Source: Coleofasciculus chthonoplastes F2-STO-03 (GTDB lineage: Bacteria; Cyanobacteriota; Cyanobacteriia; Cyanobacteriales; Coleofasciculaceae). Taken from it: 64,000 nt of DNA. Of the stretch, positions 33,594 to 43,714 are shown piece by piece. The DNA is taken from assembly GCA_040222015.1 (NCBI GenBank), contig JAVJWO010000049.1, positions 1 through 64,000 on the forward strand, read 5' to 3'. Made by a program: the position numbers and the translations under genes. Each line of letters opens with the position of its first letter. Within the stretch, counting starts at the first letter, position 1. Under the pieces are notes generated by a model. It searched no databases, was not told where the DNA came from, and saw only the letters and a program-made list of their open reading frames with translations.

Positions 33594-34676
33594 ATGTTAA
33601 AACATATCTATATTGATAATTTCCGCTGTCTGGTAAATTTTGAACTTGATGTTAATACAATTAATCTATTTTTGGGTTCTAACGGAACAGGTAAATCGAC
33701 AGTTTTTGAAGTCTTACAGAAAATCCAGGCATTTGTCAGTGGTGATAGCAAAGTCGATAAAATTTTTGACGCTGCCGACTGTACCCGCTGGCAAACCTTA
33801 GCTGTTCAACGGTTTGAAATCGAACTTCAAGGGAATGGTGGCAGCTACAAATACGAATTGGGTATTGGTCACAATCAGAATAAATGCCGTGTTGAGTATG
33901 AGCGTCTGTGGTTTGATAACCAACCCTTACTGAAATTTGAGTTAGGCGAAGTTAAACTCTATCGAGACAACCATTCAGAGGGATCACAATACTCCTTTGA
34001 CTGGTCGCAGTCTATGCTCCCTTCATTGATGCCAAGAAATGACAATACCAAGTTAATCTGGTTTAGAGAACGAATTCAACGATTTATCATTGTCAAAATC
34101 ATTCCCAGCTTGATGATTGATGAAAGTTCCCAGGAAGAAATGCGTTTGGCGATTCAAATGGAAAATTTTGTGTCTTGGTATCGCTACCTTTCTGAAGATC
34201 AAGGTAAAATTGCTGAAATCGCCAATGTATTAAAAGATGTGATTGAGGGATTTTCTAGTTTTAAGTTTGAACGAGTAAGCGAACAAAATTTAGTGCTGAC
34301 ACTACGGATTACCGGAGATACAGATAATTCTCAAACCCTTGAATATCGATTTCGGGAATTATCCGATGGACAAAAGATGTTAATTGTTTTATACACGCTG
34401 ATTTATGGCACAAAACAGGAAGACTATACCTTGTGCATTGATGAACCAGAAAATTTCTTAGCTTTACCAGAAATTCAACCGTGGTTGATTCAACTGTATG
34501 ATTTTTGTAGTGAGGGACAACTCCAAGCGTTACTGATTTCTCACCATCCTGAGTTAATTAACTATCTTCTGGCGTCACCCATTGGCTATTGGTTTGAGCG
34601 TCAAAGTAATGCTCCTGTCCGAGTTAAACGCATTAGTAGTGAAGTCGCTGATAGTTCTGGATTACCCGTCTCATAA
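33594..34676 (+). CDS. ABC/AAA_21-type ATPase, probable premature stop about 12 codons before the end
   Basis: GSNGTGKS, LSDGQ, IDEPE and SHHP motifs; frame continues *LIARRWLSESA* to 34712. Confidence 0.85.
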   Translation: MLKHIYIDNFRCLVNFELDVNTINLFLGSNGTGKSTVFEVLQKIQAFVSGDSKVDKIFDAADCTRWQTLAVQRFEIELQGNGGSYKYELGIGHNQNKCRVEYERLWFDNQPLLKFELGEVKLYRDNHSEGSQYSFDWSQSMLPSLMPRNDNTKLIWFRERIQRFIIVKIIPSLMIDESSQEEMRLAIQMENFVSWYRYLSEDQGKIAEIANVLKDVIEGFSSFKFERVSEQNLVLTLRITGDTDNSQTLEYRFRELSDGQKMLIVLYTLIYGTKQEDYTLCIDEPENFLALPEIQPWLIQLYDFCSEGQLQALLISHHPELINYLLASPIGYWFERQSNAPVRVKRISSEVADSSGLPVS

Positions 34677-34698
34677 CTCATTGCCAGGAGATGGTTAA

Positions 34699-34900
34699 GT
34701 GAGTCAGCGTAGAGTTCAGATAGTGATTCTCTGTGAGGATCGCCAGCAAGAAGTTTTTGCCCGTCATTTCTTGAAAAAGCGCGGTTTTAATGGTATATTT
34801 AGAGCTAAAATATGTCCGCCTGGTCGCCAATCGGGAGAACAGTATGTACGCACTCAGTATCCGGTAGAAGTCAAAACCTATCGTCAAAATAGAAACCGTG
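34699..34900 (+). pseudogene. TOPRIM-like partner of the ATPase, cut by a MITE
   Basis: VQIVILCED motif; repeat end TAAGTAGG begins at 34901. Confidence 0.6.
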
Positions 34901-34987
34901 TAAGTAGGTTGGTGGAAATAAACCCAACCATATTAAGTTATGTAAACACCCCTCCAACCCTTACAAATGACGAATGACGAATGACGA
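34901..34987. mobile_element. MITE fragment (TAAGTAGG end, AATGACG heptamers)
   Basis: Shares AACCCTTACAAATGACGAATGA with 55433-55570 (inverted); similar end at 21530-21551. Confidence 0.65.
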
Positions 34988-35896
34988 TTAATATACAGTA
35001 CTTGGTGCTTTTTCATCAAAGGAAAGGTATTGTTTATTTGTTTCTACTCCCTTGCTCTCCTGTGGCTTATTTCCTGATGCAATTGGCTGCTGTTGCATCT
35101 CCCAACTCTTGAGAACAATCAGATATTCATAGAATGCTTGTAACGTACACCAAGCAAAACCGGCTTGACCATCTAGACAACCACCGAGGAAAAAATACAT
35201 ATAAAAGAAGCGCAGCAAAGGTCTGAAGGGAAGACGCAAGGACAAATCTTTTAACGCCCGCCGTCGTTCGACTTCCGATTGACCCAAGCACAAATTCCAC
35301 CAATTCACTCGTCCTTGTTCGAGTTGTCGCAACGTTTCAGCCGCCTCATTTGTGGAGTAGCGATTATGCTTGTCAATCCAGCGCGTCAAGCCTTTTGAAC
35401 AGGTATAGTGAGGATAGGTTTCGTTGAGGAAATCTGTGGAACCGTTACAGACTTCTCGCTCGGTGTGACCATAATCTGTAAACCAGACCTTATTTTTCTG
35501 AAACAGGCGTAATTGATAGCGGGGATACTGGGTGCTGTGGCGAATCCATTTACCCATAAACAGAACTCGTTCTGCCACATAATAGCCGATGTGTTTGGGG
35601 TTTTGGATGGTGTCCAGACATTCTTGGAACAGTTGGGGAGTCAGGCGTTCATCGGCTTCCAGAATGTAGACCCATTCATATTTAGTAGGAATCGCTTCCA
35701 GCATCCAGGTGCGTTGTTTTCCGTGACTTTCAAATTTGTGCTGTACTATCCGAACGGGATAGCGGGAGGCAATTTCAATCGTGCGATCTGTGCTGAATGA
35801 GTCTACAACAATGACATCATCTGAAAGCAGGGCAGATTCAATGCAGGCAGCGATGTCTAATTCTTCGTTGTGGGTGAGGATGTAAATGGAAAACAT
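34988..35896 (-). CDS. Glycosyltransferase family 2
   Basis: ILTHNEE, VVDSFSTDRT, EADE and KHNRYS motifs. Confidence 0.92.
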   Translation of the reverse strand: MFSIYILTHNEELDIAACIESALLSDDVIVVDSFSTDRTIEIASRYPVRIVQHKFESHGKQRTWMLEAIPTKYEWVYILEADERLTPQLFQECLDTIQNPKHIGYYVAERVLFMGKWIRHSTQYPRYQLRLFQKNKVWFTDYGHTEREVCNGSTDFLNETYPHYTCSKGLTRWIDKHNRYSTNEAAETLRQLEQGRVNWWNLCLGQSEVERRRALKDLSLRLPFRPLLRFFYMYFFLGGCLDGQAGFAWCTLQAFYEYLIVLKSWEMQQQPIASGNKPQESKGVETNKQYLSFDEKAPSTVY

Positions 35897-35967
35897 GAGT
35901 AGTGTTGCGTGAATTGCTATTAGATATAGAACTTCTAGATCGGTTTTGGATGAAATTTAATAGTTTA

Positions 35968-36058
35968 TAGGACTTACGCAAAGGCTCTATATGTAGGGTG
36001 TGTTAGCGTAGCGTAACGCACCTTAACCGATATATATGGTGTGGCTGCGTAAGTCCTG
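35968..36058. mobile_element. Nezha-like MITE with internal REP
   Basis: TIRs AGGACTTACGCA and TGCGTAAGTCCT; internal GTAGGGTGTGTTAGCGTAGCGTAACGCACC. Confidence 0.8.
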
Positions 36059-36142
36059 GTTTATTCAAAAAGGGAGACCTACCCAGGTATTTTTAGTGAG
36101 TGGTCTCCATATAGAAGCCATGTTTTTTGAGTGGCTTGAGGC

Positions 36143-36270
36143 TAAGCTATTCGGCATTTAAACCTTAATGTCAATAATGGCGAAATCCTTGTAGTGCGTT
36201 AAGCGAAGCCATGCCGCAGGCTTTGCATCTTGCTCGTTACTAATACCCAATTTAAATGCATGACAGCTTA
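36143..36270. mobile_element. MITE family A with a ~26-bp small dispersed repeat in its hairpin
   Basis: Same TIRs as 945-1148; extra TTAAGCGAAGCCATGCCGCAGGCTTT at about 36199-36224. Confidence 0.8.
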
Positions 36271-36275
36271 TACAC

Positions 36276-37007
36276 TTAAGCCTTGTGCTGTTGTTTACGC
36301 TTGAAAGCTGAGCCAGCACCTAGAACGCTTACGGCTAAAAGTCCTAGAATAGAAGCGGGTTCGGGGGTCACTGCAACTTTATCAACCAATAATCCGGACT
36401 CGAAAATGCGATTACCGACATCGGTAACACCAATTCCTAAAGTATAGGTTCCAGTTGTTGGGATTACATAGGAAAACTTCTCAAATCCTGTCTCATCAGA
36501 AAATGGTGTTAACGAGTTCATGAAGCTTAAGGAAGTGTCGCCTAATTCACTTAACGATGTTAGTGAAACAAAAGCAAAGTCATTGAAACTCGATGGATCG
36601 TCGTCAAAGTCTAGCTCATCTGTAAGAAAATTCCAATCAAACTTGACAACTTGACCCGCCTTTGCTGTAAATGTTTGTTTGATAGCAGACCCATCAGTTG
36701 CATTTCCATTTCCCAGAGAAGCTAAGCTGCCTGAAGATAATCCGAGAAAGTCTTCTAACTGAAATTCATTACTTGAACTCGTCCGTAGTAACGCTTGAAA
36801 ATCTCCTTCCGTGGGACCAGAGCCAAATGCTGCTGTCTCAATACTAGTATCACCTAGGGTTTCCCATCCGTCAAAATTACCTGCCTCAAACCCACCATTA
36901 ACTATGGACGCATAGGAAGATTCAACACTCAATACAGTTGAGAATCCAACCAGACTAACGAAGCTGGCGGCAAAAGCTGAAAGTTTTACAAGGGTAGAAG
37001 TAGACAT
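36276..37007 (-). CDS. PEP-CTERM sorting-domain protein
   Basis: Signal peptide, NGGFE motif, TPEPASILGLL...KRK tail. Confidence 0.92.
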   Translation of the reverse strand: MSTSTLVKLSAFAASFVSLVGFSTVLSVESSYASIVNGGFEAGNFDGWETLGDTSIETAAFGSGPTEGDFQALLRTSSSNEFQLEDFLGLSSGSLASLGNGNATDGSAIKQTFTAKAGQVVKFDWNFLTDELDFDDDPSSFNDFAFVSLTSLSELGDTSLSFMNSLTPFSDETGFEKFSYVIPTTGTYTLGIGVTDVGNRIFESGLLVDKVAVTPEPASILGLLAVSVLGAGSAFKRKQQHKA

Positions 37008-37112
37008 ATAACTCGTTTCTCCAAAAGGTAAAAGCTATTTATTTAGCTGTCATTCGGTAGCTTAAACTGTCTCTTCAGCGCTGTCAGTAGGAAAAAGTAG
37101 GAACATCTCGGA

Positions 37113-37255
37113 GCAGTTTTATAAAGTTCCCATGAAGAAGTCACCCCCTTTATGAAGCGTTTGTAAAACAGTAGGCAGGTTTTGTAAAGTTTTCATAAAT
37201 AAGTTGGTCAGGTTGATCAAGCTTGTGTAAAACAGTAGGCAGGTTTTATGAAGTT
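37113..37255. promoter_or_regulatory. Phased direct repeats in a divergent promoter region
   Basis: TGTAAAACAGTAGGCAGGTTTT at 37162 and 37226; weaker partial copy at 37113. Confidence 0.5.
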
Positions 37256-37300
37256 CAGGTCAACTTGCCCACAGGTGTGTCTATAGGAGTAAAAATACTC

Positions 37301-38728
37301 ATGCGTCTTGAAGAAGCACTTGAACTCTTGCAATCCTTTGTCTATACCCAAACCCAGCAACACTTAAATACTCTGCAAATTGCTGTACTGCGGGGTTCTT
37401 GGCAACATCAATCCTATGAGCAAATTGCCGAAACTTACTGTTTCTCCAGCGCTCACGCCAAGACAGTTGGTGCCAAGTTATGGAACGTTCTCTCCCAAGT
37501 ACTTGGTACAAAAGTTAACAAAAAGAATTTTTCAGTGGTTCTGGAACGTAAAGCGAAAGAGTGGATGGTAGAGAAGGCAATCGATATAGCCACTCAGTCC
37601 GCTTTTCCAGGAACTTTATCGTGCCAAAACCACTTATCTGTTACATCCGCTACAAAAAATTGTCCCACATTCTGTGTCATTCCTGAATTACCCGGAGGTC
37701 AAGTTCCGCTAGAGTCTTCCTTTTATATAGAACGTCCTCCCATTGAAGAACGCTGCTACGATGCTATTGGACAACCCGGAGCATTAATTCACATTCATGC
37801 TCCCACCCAAATGGGGAAAACATCCCTAATGGCAAAAATTCTACAGCAAGGAAGATGGCAAGAGTATCATACTGTAACCTTAAGCTTTCAGCTTGCGAGT
37901 AGCCATGTCTTGAGTAATCTGGATAAATTCTTACAATGGTTCTGTGCCAGCATTGGTAAAAGCTTAGGGTTACCGAATCAGGTGGCTGATTATTGGGATA
38001 CTATGTTGGGTGGCAAATCCAGTAGCACGGATTACTTTGAGAACTATCTGTTAGCAGAAATTGATAACCCTATCGTCATTGGCTTAGATAATGTTGAAGT
38101 AATCTTTCAATACCCGGAAATTGCCTCAAATTTTTTTTGCCTGTTGCGAACCTGGAATGAGAAAGCTAAGTACGGAAACAGTCTAAGCCGAGTCTGGGAA
38201 AAACTGCGGTTAGTCGTCGTTTATTCAACCGAGATTTATACGCCCTTGATGATTCATCACTCAGCGTTTAATCTGGGACTATCCATTGAGTTGCCAGAAT
38301 TTACCAGAGAGCAGGTACAAGATTTGGCATGGCGCCATGAACTCAATTGGGATATTGATCAGGTCAAACAACTAATGTCTATAGTTGGGGGTCATCCCTA
38401 TCTAATCCGAAAGGGACTTTATCACATTTTGAAACAAGATTTTACCCTAGAAGAGTTGTTAGTTAAGTCTACCGGAAAAGTTAGAATTTACAGTGAATAC
38501 CTGTATCAGCAATTATCGAATCTGCGACATTACCCAGAACTTTATTCAGCGTTTACCCAAGTGACAAATTCACCAACACCTGTGGAATTAGAATGGGAGC
38601 AAACCTTACAATTACAGACAATGGGATTAGTGCAGCTAAAAGGCGATCGCGTGCTGCCTAGCTGCAATTTGTATCGTCAGTATTTTAACGTTTCAGCGTT
38701 TCATCTACAAGAATTCTACCCTAAGTGA
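37301..38728 (+). CDS. AAA_35 (AAA-like) domain protein with N-terminal HTH-like region
   Basis: SYEQIAE...LWNVLS, GQVPLESSFYIER, APTQMGKTS and GGHPYL motifs; AGGAG upstream of ATG 37301. Confidence 0.87.
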   Translation: MRLEEALELLQSFVYTQTQQHLNTLQIAVLRGSWQHQSYEQIAETYCFSSAHAKTVGAKLWNVLSQVLGTKVNKKNFSVVLERKAKEWMVEKAIDIATQSAFPGTLSCQNHLSVTSATKNCPTFCVIPELPGGQVPLESSFYIERPPIEERCYDAIGQPGALIHIHAPTQMGKTSLMAKILQQGRWQEYHTVTLSFQLASSHVLSNLDKFLQWFCASIGKSLGLPNQVADYWDTMLGGKSSSTDYFENYLLAEIDNPIVIGLDNVEVIFQYPEIASNFFCLLRTWNEKAKYGNSLSRVWEKLRLVVVYSTEIYTPLMIHHSAFNLGLSIELPEFTREQVQDLAWRHELNWDIDQVKQLMSIVGGHPYLIRKGLYHILKQDFTLEELLVKSTGKVRIYSEYLYQQLSNLRHYPELYSAFTQVTNSPTPVELEWEQTLQLQTMGLVQLKGDRVLPSCNLYRQYFNVSAFHLQEFYPK

Positions 38729-38859
38729 TAGTAAGCATTACTTAGATTTTAGGCAATTGGTTAGTATTTATTTTTTGTTAAAGATTATATCAAATCAATA
38801 TTATCTGAATAACTTCTTGCTGCGCTACTTCCTAAACAAATAGCATCAGAGTTTCCCGG

Positions 38860-39024
38860 TTGGAAAGGGGCGGGTTTATTTGGATCTGGGTGCAACCGAA
38901 AAAATAGTCGTAAAACCTGCCCCTACATGGTTTCACGGGAAATCCCTAAACCTTGGAAAGGGGCGGGTTTATTTGGATAGGGGTGCAACCGAAAAAATAG
39001 TCGTAAAACCCGCCCCTACATGGT
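38860..39024. repeat. Tandem duplication (93-bp period) of a REPIN-like unit
   Basis: Units start at 38860 and 38953 and are near identical. Confidence 0.85.
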
Positions 39025-39085
39025 GCAAGATGTGAGATTGCTCCAGAATAGTGCAAGCGACCCACTAAGCCGTAAGATCTAAAGC

Positions 39086-41530
39086 ATGATCTATCAACCA
39101 CCGCGCCCAACGATTCCTGAGAGTACCTGGCAACGTCCGATTGGACAGGGCTGGGAGAATCCCTACACTGTACGCTATGCCAGTAATCTGGATGATGGAC
39201 CTTGGCATGGTATGCCCCTTGGTGGGTTTGGCGCAGGTTGTTTGGGGCGATCGCCACGGGGAGATTTTAATCTATGGCATCTGGATGGGGGAGAACATAC
39301 CTTTAAATCTTTGCCAGCCTGTCAGTTTAGTGTCTTTGAACAGCCGGAAAACCAAGATGCCCAAGCTTATGCCCTTTGCACCGAACCCCCAGAGGATGGC
39401 AGTTTGGGTAAATGGCAATGGTATCCCACGTCGCCTAATGTAGAGACCAAAAATGGCGCGTCTCTACCAACGGGAACCTATCACGCCCTTTATCCCCGCA
39501 GTTGGTTTGTCTACGAGAATGTGTTTCAAACCGAATTAACCTGCCAACAGTTTTCCCCGATTTGGGCAGATTGTTATCAGGAAAGCAGTTATCCGGTGGC
39601 GGTGTTTGAATGGACTGCCCATAATCCCACAGATCAGCCGATTATTTTAAGTATTATGCTCACCTGGCAGAATATGGTGGGCTGGTTTACCAATGCGATT
39701 AAGCATCCCCAAGTTCGGGTACGGGATGATGGGAGTCCGGTTTACGAGTATCAACCCCGTTGGGGAAATAGCACCGGGAATTATAATCAATGGATTGTGG
39801 ATAATTTCCGCGTGGGTTGTCTGTTAGACCGAGTTAGGCTGCGGGATGAGATTGAAGAAGGCGAAGGACAACTCTGTTTTGCCACGGTGACGAATCCAAG
39901 TCAGGAGGTATTCTATCACTGTCGCTGGAATCCCACAGGGGATGGAGCAGACGTGTGGAATACGTTTGCCAGTGACGGGAGTCTCAGTGATGTGCAAGAC
40001 GAAACTCCCGCCGAACCCGGAGAACAAATTGCGGGTGCGATCGCGGTACGGGTGAGACTGCGCCCAGGGAGAACCCGCAAAATCCCGTTTATCCTGGCTT
40101 GGGATTTTCCGGTAACTGAGTTTGCGGCTGGGGTTAAATATTACCGCCGTTATACGGATTTCTTTGGACGCACCGGGAATAATGCCTGGTCAATGGTTCG
40201 CACCGCCCTTAAACATTCTGACCTTTGGCAAGAGAGAATTTTATCCTGGCAAAATCCAATTTTACAGCGTCATGATTTACCGAATTGGTTTAAGATGGCG
40301 CTGTTTAATGAATTGTATTTGTTATCGGCTGGGGGGACAATTTGGAGTTCGGCAAATGAACGTGATCCTGTGGGTAAGTTCGGGGTTTTGGAATCTTTTG
40401 ATTATCGTTGGTACGAAAGTTTAGATGTGCGCCTGTATGGGTCTTTTGCCATCGCAATGTTGTGGTCGCGATTAGATAAAGCGGTACTGGAAGCCTTTGC
40501 CCGGGCAATTCCCACCCGTGATGATACACCCCGGATTATTGGCTACAACCAAGCCACGGCAATTCGCAAAGCCACTGATGCCACACCCCATGATTTAGGT
40601 GCAGCCAATGAACATCCGTGGGAAAAGACCAACTACACCAGTTATCAAGATTGTAATCAATGGAAGGATTTACCCTGTGATTTTGTCTTGCAGGTGTATC
40701 GAACCTTTGTGTTTACGGGGTCAAAGGATATTGAATTTTTAGCCGAATGTTGGTCAGCTATTGTCAAGGCGCTGGCTTATCTGAAAACCTTTGATCTCGA
40801 TGGTGATGGAATTCCGGAAAACTCCGGCGCACCGGATCAGACGTTTGATGATTGGCAGTTGCAGGGTGTTAGTGCTTACTGTGGTGGGTTATGGTTAGCC
40901 GCCTTAGAAGCCGGAAGCGCGATCGCACAAATTCTCCTGGACAATTACACCTTGGTTTCTGCTATTAATCTGCCTGATCCGGAGTCGATTCAACACACCC
41001 TGAACACTTACCATAAATGGCTGCAACAAGCGAAACCGATTTATCAAGAAAAACTCTGGAATGGTCAATATTATCGCCTAGATAGCGAAAGTGATTCCGA
41101 TGTGGTGATGGCAGATCAACTTTGTGGTCAGTTCTATGCCCAATTATTAGGGTTACCGGATATTGTTCCCCCAGAATGCACCCAATCAGCCTTAAAAACG
41201 GTTTACGAGTCTTGTTTTTTAAAGTTCCATAATGCCGAATTCGGTGCAGCCAATGGGGTAAAACCTGATGGTTCTCCCGAATATCCCGATGCAACCCATC
41301 CCTTAGAGGTGTGGACAGGGATTAATTTTGGACTAGCCGCTTTTTTAATTCAATTGGGAATGAGAGATGAAGCCTTAAAGGTGACAGAATCAGTGGTGCG
41401 ACAGGTGTATGAAAATGGGTTACAATTTCGCACCCCAGAAGCGATTACACCTGTTGGCACATTTCGGGCAGGTCATTATTTGCGGGCGATGGCAATTTGG
41501 GCAGTTTATTTGACGTTGAGTCAATCCTAG
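39086..41530 (+). CDS. GH116 family glycoside hydrolase (GBA2-like)
   Basis: GMPLGGFGAG, SLDVRLYGS, PHDLG, PDQTFDDW, EVWTG and FRTPEA motifs. Confidence 0.93.
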   Translation: MIYQPPRPTIPESTWQRPIGQGWENPYTVRYASNLDDGPWHGMPLGGFGAGCLGRSPRGDFNLWHLDGGEHTFKSLPACQFSVFEQPENQDAQAYALCTEPPEDGSLGKWQWYPTSPNVETKNGASLPTGTYHALYPRSWFVYENVFQTELTCQQFSPIWADCYQESSYPVAVFEWTAHNPTDQPIILSIMLTWQNMVGWFTNAIKHPQVRVRDDGSPVYEYQPRWGNSTGNYNQWIVDNFRVGCLLDRVRLRDEIEEGEGQLCFATVTNPSQEVFYHCRWNPTGDGADVWNTFASDGSLSDVQDETPAEPGEQIAGAIAVRVRLRPGRTRKIPFILAWDFPVTEFAAGVKYYRRYTDFFGRTGNNAWSMVRTALKHSDLWQERILSWQNPILQRHDLPNWFKMALFNELYLLSAGGTIWSSANERDPVGKFGVLESFDYRWYESLDVRLYGSFAIAMLWSRLDKAVLEAFARAIPTRDDTPRIIGYNQATAIRKATDATPHDLGAANEHPWEKTNYTSYQDCNQWKDLPCDFVLQVYRTFVFTGSKDIEFLAECWSAIVKALAYLKTFDLDGDGIPENSGAPDQTFDDWQLQGVSAYCGGLWLAALEAGSAIAQILLDNYTLVSAINLPDPESIQHTLNTYHKWLQQAKPIYQEKLWNGQYYRLDSESDSDVVMADQLCGQFYAQLLGLPDIVPPECTQSALKTVYESCFLKFHNAEFGAANGVKPDGSPEYPDATHPLEVWTGINFGLAAFLIQLGMRDEALKVTESVVRQVYENGLQFRTPEAITPVGTFRAGHYLRAMAIWAVYLTLSQS

Positions 41531-41538
41531 GGGCTTGG

Positions 41539-41641
41539 TAAGCTGTCATGCATTTAAATTGGGTATAGGTAGTGAGCAAGATGCTCACACTACAAAAATT
41601 TCCCCATTCTTGATATTACGGTTTAAATGCCAAACAGCTTA
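41539..41641. mobile_element. MITE family A, uninterrupted 103-bp copy
   Basis: TAAGCTGTCATGCATTTAAA...TTTAAATGCCAAACAGCTTA; overlaps the stop codon of the ExoV-like gene. Confidence 0.8.
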
Positions 41642-42571
41642 ACCAAGGGGCTTGCCACACTCATTGCTTAATTGATGTAATTTTTCTTCTAATTCCGTAA
41701 TACGTTGTTCAAGTTGCTGCTCATCGCTTAACCTTGGCTGGGCAGTTTGAGCGATACGGATAAGCTGCATTGTAACTGATTCTTGATCTCCCCCGATATA
41801 GCTTAAGCCATTCCAGGGATTTTGTTTGAGCCAATTGAACCAATGACGAGTCGCCCTCATGGAGGAACGAATACCCCGTGCGACAGGTGGATAGGCGTGA
41901 ATCAGAGGGGAAATATACCAGGGGTGATAGTCCACATTCATGGATGCACACCAATCCTGCCATTTGAAGGCAAGAATTCTGGCGCTAGTATGTACTGGAA
42001 TCCAGGGAACTCGTAGCGCATCCGCCGCGATCGCACCATGCATGGCTTCGGCTAATAGCACCTGGGTGTGGTCAATCTCTGACAAGACTTGCTCCACTGA
42101 GTCACGGGGATCGATATACTTAAATCCAATATCTGAGCAGATTGATTGCCACGTTGTATCTGCATAAGTTGCATGATGGATATGGGGGATAAACCCAAAG
42201 CGATGGGTTTTATTTCCCGTACCTTTAAAGAGGCGTTTGATTAAAATAGCACCATCGGCTACCGCTAAATTAGCGGGTAAACCTAGGGATTGAGCCGATA
42301 AGGGTCCGCGAACAGAGTAAATTTTCCATGATGCTGGAATTACAGAGAGAGGTTTTTCATACCCAACACCTGTACTAAAAATAATCACTCGCTCCGCTTT
42401 GGGGAGGCGATGGGGGAGTAGACTATTGAATAATGTGCCAATTCCCACAAAAATGGTTGTTTCATCCTGATCGAAGAAATCCGGCAGCAATTGATGCCAT
42501 AACCAGGGATTGAGGGCATCACCAAAGTTGTTTAAGTTATCTCGACGGTGGTAATAAAAGAGTTTGGTCAT
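41639..42571 (-). CDS. ExoV-like polysaccharide pyruvyl transferase
   Basis: NFGDALN, VRGPLS, EAMHGAIAADALRVPW and FKWQDW motifs. Confidence 0.88.
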   Translation of the reverse strand: MTKLFYYHRRDNLNNFGDALNPWLWHQLLPDFFDQDETTIFVGIGTLFNSLLPHRLPKAERVIIFSTGVGYEKPLSVIPASWKIYSVRGPLSAQSLGLPANLAVADGAILIKRLFKGTGNKTHRFGFIPHIHHATYADTTWQSICSDIGFKYIDPRDSVEQVLSEIDHTQVLLAEAMHGAIAADALRVPWIPVHTSARILAFKWQDWCASMNVDYHPWYISPLIHAYPPVARGIRSSMRATRHWFNWLKQNPWNGLSYIGGDQESVTMQLIRIAQTAQPRLSDEQQLEQRITELEEKLHQLSNECGKPLG

Positions 42572-42630
42572 TTGTTATTGGTCATTAGTCATTGGTCATT
42601 GGTCATTAGTCATTGGTCATTGGTCATTTG
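42564..42630. repeat. Heptamer tandem repeat (TTGGTCA/TTAGTCA)
   Basis: Seen directly; contains the stop of one gene and the start of the next. Confidence 0.85.
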
Positions 42631-43668
42631 TACTTTATTCAGTATCTTCTGCTTGACTCGTTCTAGGTTAAAAATTAGGGCGTTGCGTTGGAAACTGAGG
42701 TGTTGAGAGAACCGAGACTGATTGCACCAGTGATAGTAAGCGGGAATGGCTATATCCGTAAGAAACTTACGCCACTTTGCCGTAGTTGCTGAAGGGTGTA
42801 TCGTGGCAGCGCGACGTTTTCCCTGATTCACCATCGCCTGATACAACCTGCGATCGCCTTTTAATCGTTTCAATGCCGAAAGGGTTTCCTCAAAAGAGGT
42901 GACTTCTAGATAGTCTTGAGGTGAGATTCGTTCGGCTTGATAGGCGGATTCAACTCCCAAAACTGCTGGAACTCCGGCTAGCCAAGCGTTATAAAGTTTA
43001 GTTGCGGGTTTGTGCAGGTAGGGGTGACGTGGGATTTCAGGATGGTGATCAAACCGACGCACGGCGACAATGACATCGACTTGACTGTAATCATGGCAGC
43101 GCGGATCGATATGACGATAGTCACTCCAGTGATTACGGTTAATTATGGGTTGCCACTGTAAACCCAGGGTATCGAGGTGTTTTTGCCAAGAGGGGTGGAG
43201 TAATTCGGGTGCGAGGTTCATCTCATGTCCGAAGAAGGCAATAGTTTCCACGCGATCGCCTCGTGCTGGATCTCGTGGAATTAAGCCCGGTTGAGTCCAA
43301 TGGGGGATATAATAGCTGTTTGTCGTTATTTGAGTCTCTAGGGGATTTTGGACAAGATGAAGTTGAGCATAAGGGTATTGTCTCAGTTCGGCTTTGAGGC
43401 AGATCAGTAGGACATTTCGTCCCGGTTTCAGGGTATCATTATGGGTTCTTAAGGCGTTGCGATGGATGAGAACAATTCCTGCATCGGGGAATTCCTGAAC
43501 TAATTCACAGGGAAACCCATCCGCTTTGAGACGTAGGTAAGTTTGTAGAGTCCAAGCATAAATACCCAAACCAAATCCCTGCCAATTTTCATCCGCGCGA
43601 TCGGGAAAATTATCCTGCCAATAGGGTTGGGGGATATAAAAGTAGATTGGGGGGAATTGCCCAGCCAT
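42610..43668 (-). CDS. Glycosyltransferase-like protein (GT-B C-terminal features)
   Basis: KPATKLYNAWLAGVP motif; polysaccharide gene context. Confidence 0.7.
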   Translation of the reverse strand: MAGQFPPIYFYIPQPYWQDNFPDRADENWQGFGLGIYAWTLQTYLRLKADGFPCELVQEFPDAGIVLIHRNALRTHNDTLKPGRNVLLICLKAELRQYPYAQLHLVQNPLETQITTNSYYIPHWTQPGLIPRDPARGDRVETIAFFGHEMNLAPELLHPSWQKHLDTLGLQWQPIINRNHWSDYRHIDPRCHDYSQVDVIVAVRRFDHHPEIPRHPYLHKPATKLYNAWLAGVPAVLGVESAYQAERISPQDYLEVTSFEETLSALKRLKGDRRLYQAMVNQGKRRAATIHPSATTAKWRKFLTDIAIPAYYHWCNQSRFSQHLSFQRNALIFNLERVKQKILNKVQMTNDQ

Positions 43669-43714
43669 AGAAGCGTGACTTACTCAAAACTATTACGGTA
43701 TCCTTATAGTTAAC

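Noticed and set aside
38860..39024. Possible CRISPR array
   Set aside because: Only two 93-bp units with near-identical interiors, REP-like, and no cas genes
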